Under the pieces are notes generated by a model. That model searched no databases. It was given only the letters and a program-made list of their open reading frames with translations, and was not told the DNA's origin. Position numbers and translations under genes: made by a program. A DNA stretch of 64,000 nt, taken from positions 1-64,000 of the forward strand of contig JBBISH010000015.1 in NCBI GenBank assembly GCA_037441385.1. Reading direction: 5' to 3'. The DNA comes from Myxococcales bacterium. GTDB lineage: Bacteria > Myxococcota_A > UBA9042. How positions within the stretch are numbered: position 1 is the first letter of the stretch; each line of letters starts with the position of its first letter. Shown here piece after piece: positions 17,091 through 27,096 of the stretch.

Positions 17091-19728
17091 AGCCAAGGGC
17101 CTCGACGATAGCGATGCGCGCGGCGACGCGGGCGGGGTAGGCCGCTGCCAGAACGCCCACCGCCACCAAGGTCAGGGCATACGCGCCGATCCACAGGGGA
17201 TCCACATGGACGGGCACTTCCCAGCCGGCGTCTTGGCGAGACACGACGTGGAGCAAGATCGCCCCGTTGGCCAGGCCGACCGCCGTGCCGATCACCGCGC
17301 CGACCAACGACAAGCCCAGGGACTCGACCAAGATCAGCTTGACGAGCTGGCGCCGCAACATGCCAATGGCCCGCAGAACACCGATCTCGCGCATGCGATC
17401 GAGCACGGCAGTGAGCAGGGTGTTGACGACGCTGAGCAAGGCGATCAGGACCGTCACCGCCTCTAGGGCGCGCATCACGTCGAACAGCTGACCGATCATC
17501 CGCTTGATCTCGGTGCGGAATTCGGCATTGGTGAGCACGAACAGGCGGTAGGGCTTGCCGTAGCGGGCCAGGATGTCGCTGCGCACCTTTTCGAGCGAGG
17601 CGCCTGGCTCGATGTACGGTTCAAAGGTGTCGACCAGGGGATCGCGCCAGTGTTCGACGTACAGGCGACGGTCCAGAAACACCGCGCCTTGGTCGCTGGA
17701 GTAGTCGACGATCGCACCCAGAATCAGAAACTTCTCAAGACCTTGCGGAGTCTGCAGCTCAACTTGATCGCCCGGCGCTAGGCCGAACCGGTGCGACAGC
17801 GTCTCGGAGATGATCACGCCCTCGCCGCGCTGCATCCGCGCGATCACCGTGCCTTTGTCGCCCAGCCAACGCGACACCGTCCACGCGGTTTGATGCATGG
17901 TAAAGCGGATGTGCACGTCGATGGACAGCAGCAGGATCTGGGTGTCGCGGAAGTCGACGTTGCGCAATCGCACCAAGTCAACGCCGCGCACGCCCGGGAT
18001 ACTGGCGATTTTCTGGGCCAGTTCGGGTTCCAGCGGCTGGTTCTTGGTCCCGCCCAGGCGAGCATTGCTGGTGACAAAAAGGTCTGCCGGCACCGCCTGT
18101 TCAACCCACTGGTCGATGCTGCGCTGGAAGCTACCGGTCATCGTCGACGACGCCACCACCATCGACAGACCGACCATCAGCGAGGCCACGGTCACCGCGC
18201 CCTTTTCGGCGTTGCGCGCGACATTGTCGGCGGCGAGGCGACCTTGCAGGCCGAACAACCGGCTGGCCACCGGCGCAAAGGCGCGATTGAACAAGGCCAC
18301 GGCCGTGCGCGACCAAAGCGTCGCGGCCAGCAAGATCAAGCCCATCGAGGCGATGCCGAACCAGGGAAATCCAGCAATCACAGGCCCTTGCGCAACCGCG
18401 GGCGCGGCGATCGCCAGGACCAGCGCCACCCCGTCGCGCGCCGACAGTAGCCGTTTGTGCGCCGTTTCGTGGCCAAAGGCCGGGGTGCGAATCGTCTCGA
18501 CCGGGCTGAGGCGACTGGCCGCGCGCGCCGGCACCAGCGCCGCCAGCGTGGACGACAACGTGCCGAGCAAGACTGCAGCCACTTGGACCACTGGCTCGAT
18601 GATGACTTCTTGAGCATGGACACGGACATAGATGTCGGTGATCGGGCCCGCGGCCTGCTGCAGCAGGAACTGCGCCAGGTAGCGACCCAGCGCCACCCCG
18701 ACGAGCGACCCGACCAGGCCAAAACCCGCGCCCTCCAAGGTGAACAGCTGCACGACTTGGCGGCGAGTGGCGCCGCTGGCGCGCAGGATGCCGATTTCGC
18801 TCCGCCGCTGCGCCACCGAGATCGATAGCGTGTGGTAGATCAGAAACATACCGACCAACAAGGCAATTCCGGCACCAATCGTCAGCCCCAGGTGGAAGGA
18901 GCGGAGCAGATGCTGCTGGCGGGCCTGGCGGGCCGAGGGCGGTTCGACCTGGTAGCGATTGCCCGTGGCCTGGCGGAGGCGTTTGGCCAGAGCCTCGATC
19001 TCGCCCTCTTTTTCTGGATCCGCGGCGGCAACGTCGATGCGATCGACGCGGCCGGCCAGCCCAAAAATCTCTTGAGCGTCGATGTAATCCAAGATGGCCA
19101 AGTTGCCACCAAAGGCCTTGTGCGGTCCGCGCGCCGGCACCACCGCGTACAGGGTAAAGGGCTGCGCGCCCTCCTTGGTCAGCAGATCGATGGTATCGCC
19201 CTGTTTCTTTTGGTACTTCTGAGCAAACGTGTCGCTGACGATGAGTTGCCGTTGCCGGTCCAGTACATCCAGCGGGTTGGCCAGTTCCTCGTCGGCCGCC
19301 GTCTTGGCCGGTCTTTGGGTCTGCTCGCGGTCGACGCCATACAAGGTCTTGAGCACTTTGGGATCTTCGGTGAAGTTGATCCCCAGCAGCGACACGGCCT
19401 CGCCGGCCCGCAACCCCTGAGGGTCGCCCGCTTGGTCCAAGTCCAGGCTGCGCTGGATCGCCACGCTGGCACAGCGCACGCCGGGGACCTTGCGAACGGT
19501 ATCCAGAACGTCTTCGGGCAACCCGGTGTCGCCGCCGCGCACCTCGAGGTGGACGCTGCCGCCGACCTCGCCCAGCGTGCTACGGAAGCTATCGAGAATA
19601 CTACGGTTGGTCGCAACCACCGCCACCAGCACCGCGACCCCGAGCGCCACGCCCAGTACGGTCATGGCGCTGCGCAAGCGGTGCTCGGCAACCCTACGCA
19701 GTGAAATGGGCAGAAGGAGGTGGCGCAT
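17083..19728 (-). CDS. FtsX/MacB-like ABC transporter permease with two fused modules
   Basis: Two permease repeats (QRRSEIGILRASGA; DRMREIGVLRAIGM), each preceded by a large periplasmic domain. Confidence 0.88.
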   Translation of the reverse strand: MRHLLLPISLRRVAEHRLRSAMTVLGVALGVAVLVAVVATNRSILDSFRSTLGEVGGSVHLEVRGGDTGLPEDVLDTVRKVPGVRCASVAIQRSLDLDQAGDPQGLRAGEAVSLLGINFTEDPKVLKTLYGVDREQTQRPAKTAADEELANPLDVLDRQRQLIVSDTFAQKYQKKQGDTIDLLTKEGAQPFTLYAVVPARGPHKAFGGNLAILDYIDAQEIFGLAGRVDRIDVAAADPEKEGEIEALAKRLRQATGNRYQVEPPSARQARQQHLLRSFHLGLTIGAGIALLVGMFLIYHTLSISVAQRRSEIGILRASGATRRQVVQLFTLEGAGFGLVGSLVGVALGRYLAQFLLQQAAGPITDIYVRVHAQEVIIEPVVQVAAVLLGTLSSTLAALVPARAASRLSPVETIRTPAFGHETAHKRLLSARDGVALVLAIAAPAVAQGPVIAGFPWFGIASMGLILLAATLWSRTAVALFNRAFAPVASRLFGLQGRLAADNVARNAEKGAVTVASLMVGLSMVVASSTMTGSFQRSIDQWVEQAVPADLFVTSNARLGGTKNQPLEPELAQKIASIPGVRGVDLVRLRNVDFRDTQILLLSIDVHIRFTMHQTAWTVSRWLGDKGTVIARMQRGEGVIISETLSHRFGLAPGDQVELQTPQGLEKFLILGAIVDYSSDQGAVFLDRRLYVEHWRDPLVDTFEPYIEPGASLEKVRSDILARYGKPYRLFVLTNAEFRTEIKRMIGQLFDVMRALEAVTVLIALLSVVNTLLTAVLDRMREIGVLRAIGMLRRQLVKLILVESLGLSLVGAVIGTAVGLANGAILLHVVSRQDAGWEVPVHVDPLWIGAYALTLVAVGVLAAAYPARVAARIAIVEALGYE

Positions 19729-19751
19729 CCAGGCGGATCAGTTCTGCAGGG

Positions 19752-21857
19752 CTAGCGGACCCACAGGGTTCCCTGGGTGCAGTTGCTGCCACAGCTGCCG
19801 CTCTGCCAGAAGTTGGCGCCGGCGCCGCACGATTTGTTGGTGTCGCTGCAGCCGTAGGTGCCAAAGCCCCAGCCCGAGTCGGTGGTGGCGCAGTCGTTCT
19901 CGTTGTTGCCGACCAGGCCCCAGCGCGCGCCCGAGTAAGTGCCGTAGCCGCCGTAGGTGGCCGACGCATTGTTGATGCCGCTGCCGTTGCAGTTTGGCTG
20001 GCTGCCGTCGTCGCCCCAGTAGCTGACGAGTGTACCGCGGCTGGGACCGCCGTTCTTGAAGCCCTCGTTGAACACGGTGTTGAGCGTCTTGGTCGCGCCG
20101 AGCGACTGCTGCACGCACTGGCCGCCGCTGGGAACGCCCTTGCAGCCGCGGAGCGTGCCGCCCGGCAGATTCACGAACGAGCCGAGCTTGGCGTTGGCGT
20201 TCAAGCTGGGATCGACCGAGGCGCTGCCGTCGTCGTTGAACACGTTCTTGTCGGTCCAGTACGTGCTGGCAAAGCCCAGCTTGTTGTCGCTCTTGAAGCG
20301 CATCACCAGCGTCCAGCCGCCGCCGTCGGTGGTCATGTCGCACCACACTTGATAAGCCGTTGTATTATCCGGATTAATCCAGTAGGGACCGTCTTTGGCC
20401 AGCGGTACTTTGGTCTGCAAGTCCTTGCACGAGGCGGCCGGATTCTCTTTGCTGCCCGGGATGGTGAGGTAGACCGCGGCCCAGTCGGTACCGTTGCAGA
20501 TGTACAAGGCCTTGTCTTTGCTGTTGGCGTAGCTCATGCCAAAGTTGGCGGGGTTGCAGGGCGTGGGCGCGCTGGCCGAGACAAAGAACTGGAAGCCGCC
20601 GTTGGCCGCCACCTTCTTGCTGGATAGCGTGCTCACCTGCACTTGCCACGAGGTGATCTGCCCGTCGTACTTGATGCTGTTGTTGGCCAAGTCGGCCACG
20701 GTGATCGACCACAAGCCCTTGGGGTTCTGGCCAACGTAGGTGTCCAGGCCCTTGGAGGGCGACGCGTACAGCAAGGACAGCGCCGTGCCGGTCTTTTCGC
20801 CGTTGTAGATGGTGGTCTTGGTGCCCGCGGGATCGTACAAGTCGATGCGAATCTTGGACACGTCGCTGTTGGTCAGCGTGACCGCTACCGCCATGCCCTG
20901 GGCGACGCCGAAGTCCGGCACGTTGACCGAGTCGGAGACGCCGGCGCCGAGGAAGTCGGGAATTGGAATCGGCGCGGTGGTGGAGGCCGCGACTTCGGTG
21001 AACTGGTCCGTCAAGAGGCCATTGGACACTTTGGACAGGCCATCGGCAGGCAGGTCGGCGGCGGTGAGGGTGGTGGTGGCAGCGACGCACTCGTACGAAC
21101 CGTCGGCCTTGATGCCCTTCATCACCAGGCCGGTGCCGCAGGTAGCGCCGATCTTGGCGGCCACGGGCACACCTTTGAGGTCGCCGAAGTTGCCGGTGGT
21201 CGCGACGTCTGCGAGTTTGGGCGCCCCCAGCAAGTCGGCGTAGGCGCCGGTGCCCGCGACCTTGGCCAGCGCGGCGGCCTTGACGTAGTCGACCAAGTCG
21301 GTCTTCTGCGCGTAGGCGCTGAGGTCGGCCGACTTGGCGTAGGGAGCCAAATCCGCGGTCTTGGCGTAGCCAGCCAGGACCTTGGAGTCGAGTTGGTTGA
21401 GACCGACGCAGCCCGAGCAGTCGACGCCTTCGGCCAGCGCGGCGCGCAAACTGAACGGCACCGATTGCAACTGCTTGCGAGGCAACTCGGGGTCCTGGCC
21501 CACGGACACGCCCAGCCATACCTGGCTCAGGCTGCCCAAGAGCTGGGCCGACAGGGGCGTGGTAGCGCCCAAGGCCAGCGAGAACTGACCATTCTTTACC
21601 GTGACCGCGACCGGACCTTCTTTCCAGGCACCCGTCCCGCCCGTCTCTTGGCCATAGAGCTGCAAGGTGAGGTCGTACTTGCCATCGGGCGCCGCGGAGC
21701 CGCTCGCGCTCAGCAGCATTCCCTCGACGTTGGTGGCGGTGGGCACGGCCGCCTGGGCTTGCTGCGGGGCCAGAGCGCCGGCGACGACGAGAGCCGCGGC
21801 GATCGCGGCGCCGCCGATAGTGGGATACAACCTTGATAATAGGCTGGACTTTCGCAT
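19752..21857 (-). CDS. Secreted fibre-like protein: N-terminal anchor domain, phage-tail-fibre-like repeats, P-proprotein-like domain, C-terminal fibrinogen-like (CDMxxxGGGW) domain
   Basis: Signal ending QQAQA. ELPRKQLQSVPFSLRA. Repeats YAKTADL and LAKVAGTGAYADLLGAP. GQNPKGLWSITVAD. SCKDL...DGPYWINP...WCDMTTDGGGWTLV. Confidence 0.8.
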   Translation of the reverse strand: MRKSSLLSRLYPTIGGAAIAAALVVAGALAPQQAQAAVPTATNVEGMLLSASGSAAPDGKYDLTLQLYGQETGGTGAWKEGPVAVTVKNGQFSLALGATTPLSAQLLGSLSQVWLGVSVGQDPELPRKQLQSVPFSLRAALAEGVDCSGCVGLNQLDSKVLAGYAKTADLAPYAKSADLSAYAQKTDLVDYVKAAALAKVAGTGAYADLLGAPKLADVATTGNFGDLKGVPVAAKIGATCGTGLVMKGIKADGSYECVAATTTLTAADLPADGLSKVSNGLLTDQFTEVAASTTAPIPIPDFLGAGVSDSVNVPDFGVAQGMAVAVTLTNSDVSKIRIDLYDPAGTKTTIYNGEKTGTALSLLYASPSKGLDTYVGQNPKGLWSITVADLANNSIKYDGQITSWQVQVSTLSSKKVAANGGFQFFVSASAPTPCNPANFGMSYANSKDKALYICNGTDWAAVYLTIPGSKENPAASCKDLQTKVPLAKDGPYWINPDNTTAYQVWCDMTTDGGGWTLVMRFKSDNKLGFASTYWTDKNVFNDDGSASVDPSLNANAKLGSFVNLPGGTLRGCKGVPSGGQCVQQSLGATKTLNTVFNEGFKNGGPSRGTLVSYWGDDGSQPNCNGSGINNASATYGGYGTYSGARWGLVGNNENDCATTDSGWGFGTYGCSDTNKSCGAGANFWQSGSCGSNCTQGTLWVR

Positions 21858-22142
21858 CGTTACACCTCAGGCCGGCCCGGTCGGGCATCAATTGGCGCGC
21901 AACTCCGGTCCATGGTGCGCCTTGCCTATGGCGGTGGCAAGTGGCCGGCGGCCGCAGCGCTGGGAACCGCTGGAATATCCGCGCCTCGTCGCGAGTTGCA
22001 GGCTGTCTGAAGGGTCGGCTGCGGTTGACAGACAACTGCAACTGCCCTAACGTACTGCGCCCCGGACTGGACCCGGGCCAGCGGCCACACCGGCCACGAC
22101 CGCGGCAAACCGGTCGGGAAGAACACCGGTCAGCAAGGAATA

Positions 22143-24149
22143 ATGGCAATGAAGAAGGAAAACATCGTCTTGATCGTCATCGCGGCGGTCGTGATTGCCT
22201 TCGGCGCCGGGCGGCTGTCGAAGAACATGAACTCTTCACAGGGTGGCGCTCCCGCGCAGCCGGCCACGGTGGGCGAGGCGGCACCGGCCCCCGTAGCGGG
22301 CGCAGCCGCCAATGGCATCCCGGCGTCGATGCCCTGGAAGGGCGCGGCCAACGGCTTGGTCACCATCCTGGAAGTTTCAGACTTCCAGTGCCCGTTCTGC
22401 TCGCGCGTCGGCCCGACCGTCAAGCAGATCGTCGAGGCCTACCCCAACGACGTCAAGATCGTGTGGGCCAACCAGCCCCTGCCCTTCCACAACAACGCCA
22501 AGCCGGCAGCGATCGCCGCCCTGGCCGCGCACAAGCAGGGCAAGTTCTGGGAAATGCATGACAAGCTCTTTGGCAACCAGCAGCAGCTGAGCCCCGAGAA
22601 CTACGAGAAGTGGGCCAAGGAAATCGGCCTGGATGTGGCCAAGTTCAAGGCCGACCTGAACGACCCGGCGATCGCCAAGCAGATCGAGAAAGAGCAGGCC
22701 TCGGCCAACGCCACCGGCGCGGGCGGCACGCCTTCGTTCTTCATCAACGGCAAGCTGATCCAGGGCGCCCAGCCCTTCGAAGAGTTCAAGAAGGCCATCG
22801 ACGCCGCCCTGGCCGACGCCAAGGCCGTCTCGGCCGGCAAGACGGGCATGGAGCAGATGAAGCTGGCCGCGGCCAAGACGGGCGGCGACACCGGCACCAA
22901 GGTGGTCGAGTACTTCTTGGAAGGCAAGGCGCCGGCCGCCGAGGCCGCTCCCGCCAAGCGCGAAGAGGCCAAGGCCGATGAGGGCCCCGCCACTCCTCCG
23001 CCGGACAGCTACGACGTGTGGAAGGTCCCGGTCGACCCCAAGCGCGACTCGGTCAAGGGTGACAACGACAAGGCGCTGATCACCATCGTCGAGATTTCGG
23101 ACTTCCAGTGCCCGTTCTGCTCGCGCGGCGCCAACACGCTGACTGAAGTCGAGAAGGCCTACGGCGACAAGGTCCGTCTGGTGTTCAAGCACCACCCCCT
23201 GCCGTTCCACAAAGACGCTCGCCCAGCTTCGCTGGCGGCGATCGCGGCCGGCAAGCAAGGCAAGTTCTGGCAGTTCTACGACAAGGCGTTCGCCAACCAG
23301 CAGGCGCTGACGGACGAGAACTTTGTGGCTTGGGCCAAGGAAATCGGCCTGGACATGGCCAAGTTCGACGCGGTCCGCAAGGATCCGGCGACCGACAAGA
23401 TCATCACCGAAGACATGGACATGGCCGGAACGGTCGGCGTCCGCGGCACCCCCGGCTTCTTCATCAACGGTCGCAAGATCGTCGGCGCCCAGCCGCTGCC
23501 GATGTTCAAGGCCGTCATCGACGAAGAGCTGAAGAAGGCCGAGGCCGCGGGCAAGAAAGGCCAGGCTCTGTACGACGACATCGTCGCCAAGGGCAAGGTC
23601 TTCTCGGAACTGAACGACAAGGTCAACGACTTCAACGTGGAAGGCCTTCCGTTCAAGGGCAAGAAGGACGCGCCGATCACCATCGTCGAATTCTCGGACT
23701 TCCAGTGCCCGTACTGCTCGCGCGTCGCTGAGCCGGTCAAGGCCGTGTACGAAGCCAACCAGGACAAGGTCAAGGTGGTGTTCGCCCACTTCCCGCTGCC
23801 GTTCCACCAGATGGCCAAGCCGGCGTCGACCGCCGCGCAGCTGGCCTTCGAGCAGGGTGGTTCGGAGATGTTCTGGAAGGTCCACGACGGTCTGTTCGCC
23901 GCCCAGCGCGAGCTGAGCGAGGACAAGATCAAAGAGATCGCCACCGGCGCTGGCGTGGACAAGGCCAAGCTGGAAGAGGCGCTCAAGAGCGACAAGTACG
24001 CCGAACTCTTCAAGAAGACCCAGGAGATGGGCGAGAAGGCCGGCGTGGAGGGCACCCCCTCGCTGTACATCAACGGCCGCAAGTTCGAGCCGTCGGCGGG
24101 CTACGCCCCCGAGTCCTTCGCCAAGGCGTTTGCCCTGCTGAAGAAGTAG
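22143..24149 (+). CDS. Membrane-anchored DsbA-family oxidoreductase with three thioredoxin domains
   Basis: N-terminal hydrophobic anchor; SDFQCPFC, SDFQCPFC and SDFQCPYC, each followed by a GTP cis-Pro loop. Confidence 0.92.
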   Translation: MAMKKENIVLIVIAAVVIAFGAGRLSKNMNSSQGGAPAQPATVGEAAPAPVAGAAANGIPASMPWKGAANGLVTILEVSDFQCPFCSRVGPTVKQIVEAYPNDVKIVWANQPLPFHNNAKPAAIAALAAHKQGKFWEMHDKLFGNQQQLSPENYEKWAKEIGLDVAKFKADLNDPAIAKQIEKEQASANATGAGGTPSFFINGKLIQGAQPFEEFKKAIDAALADAKAVSAGKTGMEQMKLAAAKTGGDTGTKVVEYFLEGKAPAAEAAPAKREEAKADEGPATPPPDSYDVWKVPVDPKRDSVKGDNDKALITIVEISDFQCPFCSRGANTLTEVEKAYGDKVRLVFKHHPLPFHKDARPASLAAIAAGKQGKFWQFYDKAFANQQALTDENFVAWAKEIGLDMAKFDAVRKDPATDKIITEDMDMAGTVGVRGTPGFFINGRKIVGAQPLPMFKAVIDEELKKAEAAGKKGQALYDDIVAKGKVFSELNDKVNDFNVEGLPFKGKKDAPITIVEFSDFQCPYCSRVAEPVKAVYEANQDKVKVVFAHFPLPFHQMAKPASTAAQLAFEQGGSEMFWKVHDGLFAAQRELSEDKIKEIATGAGVDKAKLEEALKSDKYAELFKKTQEMGEKAGVEGTPSLYINGRKFEPSAGYAPESFAKAFALLKK

Positions 24150-24179
24150 CGTAGTTCGAAGGCGACGAGTCGCCAGGCG

Positions 24180-24219
24180 GAGGCCGTCGGTCGCGGGATC
24201 GGCGGCCTTCGTGCTTTTT
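24180..24219 (+). terminator. Intrinsic terminator after the DsbA-family gene
   Basis: GAGGCCGTCGGTC-GCGG-GATCGGCGGCCTT hairpin followed by CGTGCTTTTT. Confidence 0.7.
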
Positions 24220-24321
24220 GCGGCCCTGCCCTGCCCGGAGCCCGCAGCCAAAGGGGGCGGGGACCCCGGTTTGGGCCCAAAGATTGGCCGGAATTTTGTG
24301 CCGAATTAGACGGATTCCGTA
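24219..24321 (+). repeat. Partial copy C of the TA-bounded repeat
   Basis: GGGGACCCCGGTTTGGGCCCAAAGATTGGCCGGAATTTTGTGCCGAATTAGACGGATTCCGTA matches 8347-8398 and the reverse complement of 12222-12285. Confidence 0.6.
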
Positions 24322-24496
24322 TGAACCCCGGCGCAAGCCCGCAGCGGCACCGCCCCAGCTTGGGCGACAGCGCCAGGTCGGCTGTCCTCACCTCGATCGG
24401 AACGCGCCGTGGGCGGCTTGGCCCAGGCGGGCGCAACCGGCCGGCGCCGCAATCCGTGGCGACCTGGGCGGAAGAACGCCGGCTTTGGAGCAGTGG

Positions 24497-26458
24497 TTAC
24501 GGGCGAGGCGCCAGCACCGGCGGCACCACGGTCACGGGTTGCGCGGGCGACAGGCTCGGCTTGGGCAGATTCTGTAGGCCGGCATCGGCGGGCGCGGCGA
24601 GCATCGCCAACAACGGCGCGGAGTCGGCTTGGAGCTTCCAGGTCACGCTGGTGCCCGCGGCCTCGGCCTGGACGAGCGCCGGCGGCCGTACTGCTGCGCC
24701 CAACGCGGCGTCGGCCTCGGGCGCTGGCGCGGTGGCGGGTGCCGTCGTCGGCGACAGCTCGCGCGCCAAGCGCATCGCCTGGGCACTCGAGGCCATCAGC
24801 GTCTGGTGATCGACCGAGCCGACGGGGACCAGCCGCGCCGCGGCCTCTGAGGTGCGAGCTAGCAATACGGCAATCTCGCTGAGGTTTTCGGCCGTGCGCC
24901 GCTGACGATCGTCGGCGGGCGCCGCCTGCAACTCGTGGCGCTGGTCCGCAACCCAAGCGTCCAGGCGGTCGCGCAGGGCGCTGGCCGCGTCAGGCCCTTT
25001 GCAGTCCAACCGCACCTGCATCGACGGCGGGTCCGGCTGGTAGACCACGGCGACCTGCTTGACGTTTTGCTGCAAGGCCCCGGCGGGCAGCCAGCGCGAG
25101 AAGCCCTTGGGCTCCAGGCTCAGCGACCACAAAGGGCTGCCAGCGCGCAGCTCGCGCAGTCCCTGAACGGCCACGGGGTCGTCGGCCAGGGCCGGCAACT
25201 GTTTGGTGCGCACACGCGCCAGCACATCGACCGCGCCATCGTCGCCGATCCACAAGACGTGCGGCCCCGCCGCGACCGCCCGCCACCGCGCCTTGGCGCC
25301 GGGCACCGACAGCAGGGTTGTCAGGCCAGAAGGGGCTGAAATCGCCGAGCTTTGCCGCAGTTTGGCCAGCCGGCGGACCTGGCTTTCGGCATCCTCGAAC
25401 TCGAGGAGCAGCGCCGCCCCTTCGCGGGTGCGCACCAGGACGACGACCGGATCGCGGGGCTTATCGAGCGCCAGCGCGCGCAGCTGCGTCAAGGGGCTGA
25501 GTAAGCGGGCGGCAAAGGGGTCGCGCTCGGCTTGCTGAAGCAACCTGGGCAGTTGTGCCATGTGGACGCCAACGATCTGCTGTGCCGAGACCGGCAGGTC
25601 GTCTTGGGTGGTCGGGTCGCTGCGCCGCGCGGCCAGCGCGACTCCGCCGACCGCGACGCCAACCAGCACGAGCGCCACCATCGCCATGCTGCGACGCGAG
25701 AATTTGGCGTCAGGGTCGCGCTGCACGAACCAGGCGATGCCGATGCCAACCCCATACAGCAACACCAGCGGGGCCGACATCAAAGTCTGGTTGATCGGGT
25801 CGGGGGTGGGCGTCAGCACGGCACCGATGATGAAGGCGATGACGATCCAGTAGCGATAGAAACCGAGAAAACCCTTGGCAGAAACCAGGCCGACGGCGGC
25901 CAGCACGTACATGAACAACGGCAACTCGAACACGGCGCCAAAGGCCACGAGCATCAGCGTCGCAAACGAAACCGTGCTGGCGAGCGTGGGCTCTAGGGTC
26001 AGGCCCGGCGCTTCCGTCGTCATGCGGATGAGGAAGTCCGTCATGAACGGCAGGACAACGAGGTAGCAAAAGGCCGCACCCGTGACGAAGCAGGCGACGC
26101 TGCCCGACAAAATCGGCACGATGAGGCGCTTTTCCTTGGCGAGCAGGCCCGGCGCCACAAAGGCCCAGATTTGATAGAAGACCCACGGGCTCGCCAAGAA
26201 CAGGCCGCCGACGAGCGACAGCTTCATGTAGACTTCGATCGACTCGGTAATCTGCAATGCCTTGATAGCAAACAGATTATTGTTTGCCATCGCGTCGCGG
26301 ATCGGCTGACTGAGCCAATCGTAGAGCTCGATGCGGAACGCCCACGCCACGAAAAAGGCTGCGATCACCGCGATCGAAGAGCGCACGATGCGGGTGCGCA
26401 GCTCGATCAGGTGCTCGCGCAGGGACATCGTGCCCTGGTCCTGCACGGCTTCGCTCAT
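24497..26458 (-). CDS. tatC: Twin-arginine translocase TatC fused to an extra TM helix and a ~375-aa C-terminal domain
   Basis: MSLREHLIELRTRI, YQIWAFVAPGL..KEKR, FELPL and VLTPTPDPINQ motifs. 653 aa in total; the TatC core ends near residue 245. Confidence 0.9.
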   Translation of the reverse strand: MSEAVQDQGTMSLREHLIELRTRIVRSSIAVIAAFFVAWAFRIELYDWLSQPIRDAMANNNLFAIKALQITESIEVYMKLSLVGGLFLASPWVFYQIWAFVAPGLLAKEKRLIVPILSGSVACFVTGAAFCYLVVLPFMTDFLIRMTTEAPGLTLEPTLASTVSFATLMLVAFGAVFELPLFMYVLAAVGLVSAKGFLGFYRYWIVIAFIIGAVLTPTPDPINQTLMSAPLVLLYGVGIGIAWFVQRDPDAKFSRRSMAMVALVLVGVAVGGVALAARRSDPTTQDDLPVSAQQIVGVHMAQLPRLLQQAERDPFAARLLSPLTQLRALALDKPRDPVVVLVRTREGAALLLEFEDAESQVRRLAKLRQSSAISAPSGLTTLLSVPGAKARWRAVAAGPHVLWIGDDGAVDVLARVRTKQLPALADDPVAVQGLRELRAGSPLWSLSLEPKGFSRWLPAGALQQNVKQVAVVYQPDPPSMQVRLDCKGPDAASALRDRLDAWVADQRHELQAAPADDRQRRTAENLSEIAVLLARTSEAAARLVPVGSVDHQTLMASSAQAMRLARELSPTTAPATAPAPEADAALGAAVRPPALVQAEAAGTSVTWKLQADSAPLLAMLAAPADAGLQNLPKPSLSPAQPVTVVPPVLAPRP

Positions 26459-27096
26459 GGGATCGGGTCGCTGGCGGGAGGTTCAGTGGCCGCCACCACG
26501 GCGGGGTCCGCGGCTGGCTCAGCGGCTGGCGGCGGGGACGCTGCGGTTGCGGGCTGGGCGACAGCGACGGCGGCAGGGTCGGCCACGTCGCCGCGCGCTT
26601 TGGTGCCCGGCAGCGGGTCTGCGGTGGGCATCCGGAAGTTTGGCTTGGAGCGCGTGCGATTGGTCTCGGACGGCATCGCGCCAGCGTCTTCCAAGGGTTC
26701 AGGTTCGCGGTGGATGGTCCACGGGGCCGGGGCCTCGCCTTCGCTGCGCTCTTGCGCCATGCGGCGGCGGACATGCGCGAGCACTTCGGGCTCGGCCGGC
26801 GCCGCGGGCGGATGGGCGGCTGGCTCAGGCGCAGCGCGGGTTTGGCTAGCCTCGGGCTCGCGAATCGAGTCCTCGACCATCGAGCGCACGTCGGCCGTGG
26901 CGTCGTGGACTTCGCGCGTCAACTCTTCCATGCCCTGGCGCAGTTCGTGCTGGGCCAAGTTGGCGGCACGGCGCAGATCGCGCAGGCCGGTCCCCACAGT
27001 CTTGGCCACCTGCGGCAGCTTGTCGGGACCGACAAAGATCAGCAGCACGATGATGATGAGAGCGAGCTCGCCGCCGCCGATGCCGAACACACTCAC
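26455..27096 (-). CDS. tatB: TatA/TatB-family translocase subunit (TatB-like)
   Basis: FGIGGGELALIIIVLLIFVGPDKLPQVAKTVG; ATGA overlap with tatC. Confidence 0.88.
   Translation of the reverse strand: MSVFGIGGGELALIIIVLLIFVGPDKLPQVAKTVGTGLRDLRRAANLAQHELRQGMEELTREVHDATADVRSMVEDSIREPEASQTRAAPEPAAHPPAAPAEPEVLAHVRRRMAQERSEGEAPAPWTIHREPEPLEDAGAMPSETNRTRSKPNFRMPTADPLPGTKARGDVADPAAVAVAQPATAASPPPAAEPAADPAVVAATEPPASDPIP

Noticed and set aside
19752..21857. Prophage remnant suggested by tail-fibre-like repeats
   Set aside because: The protein has a signal peptide and there are no other phage genes nearby.
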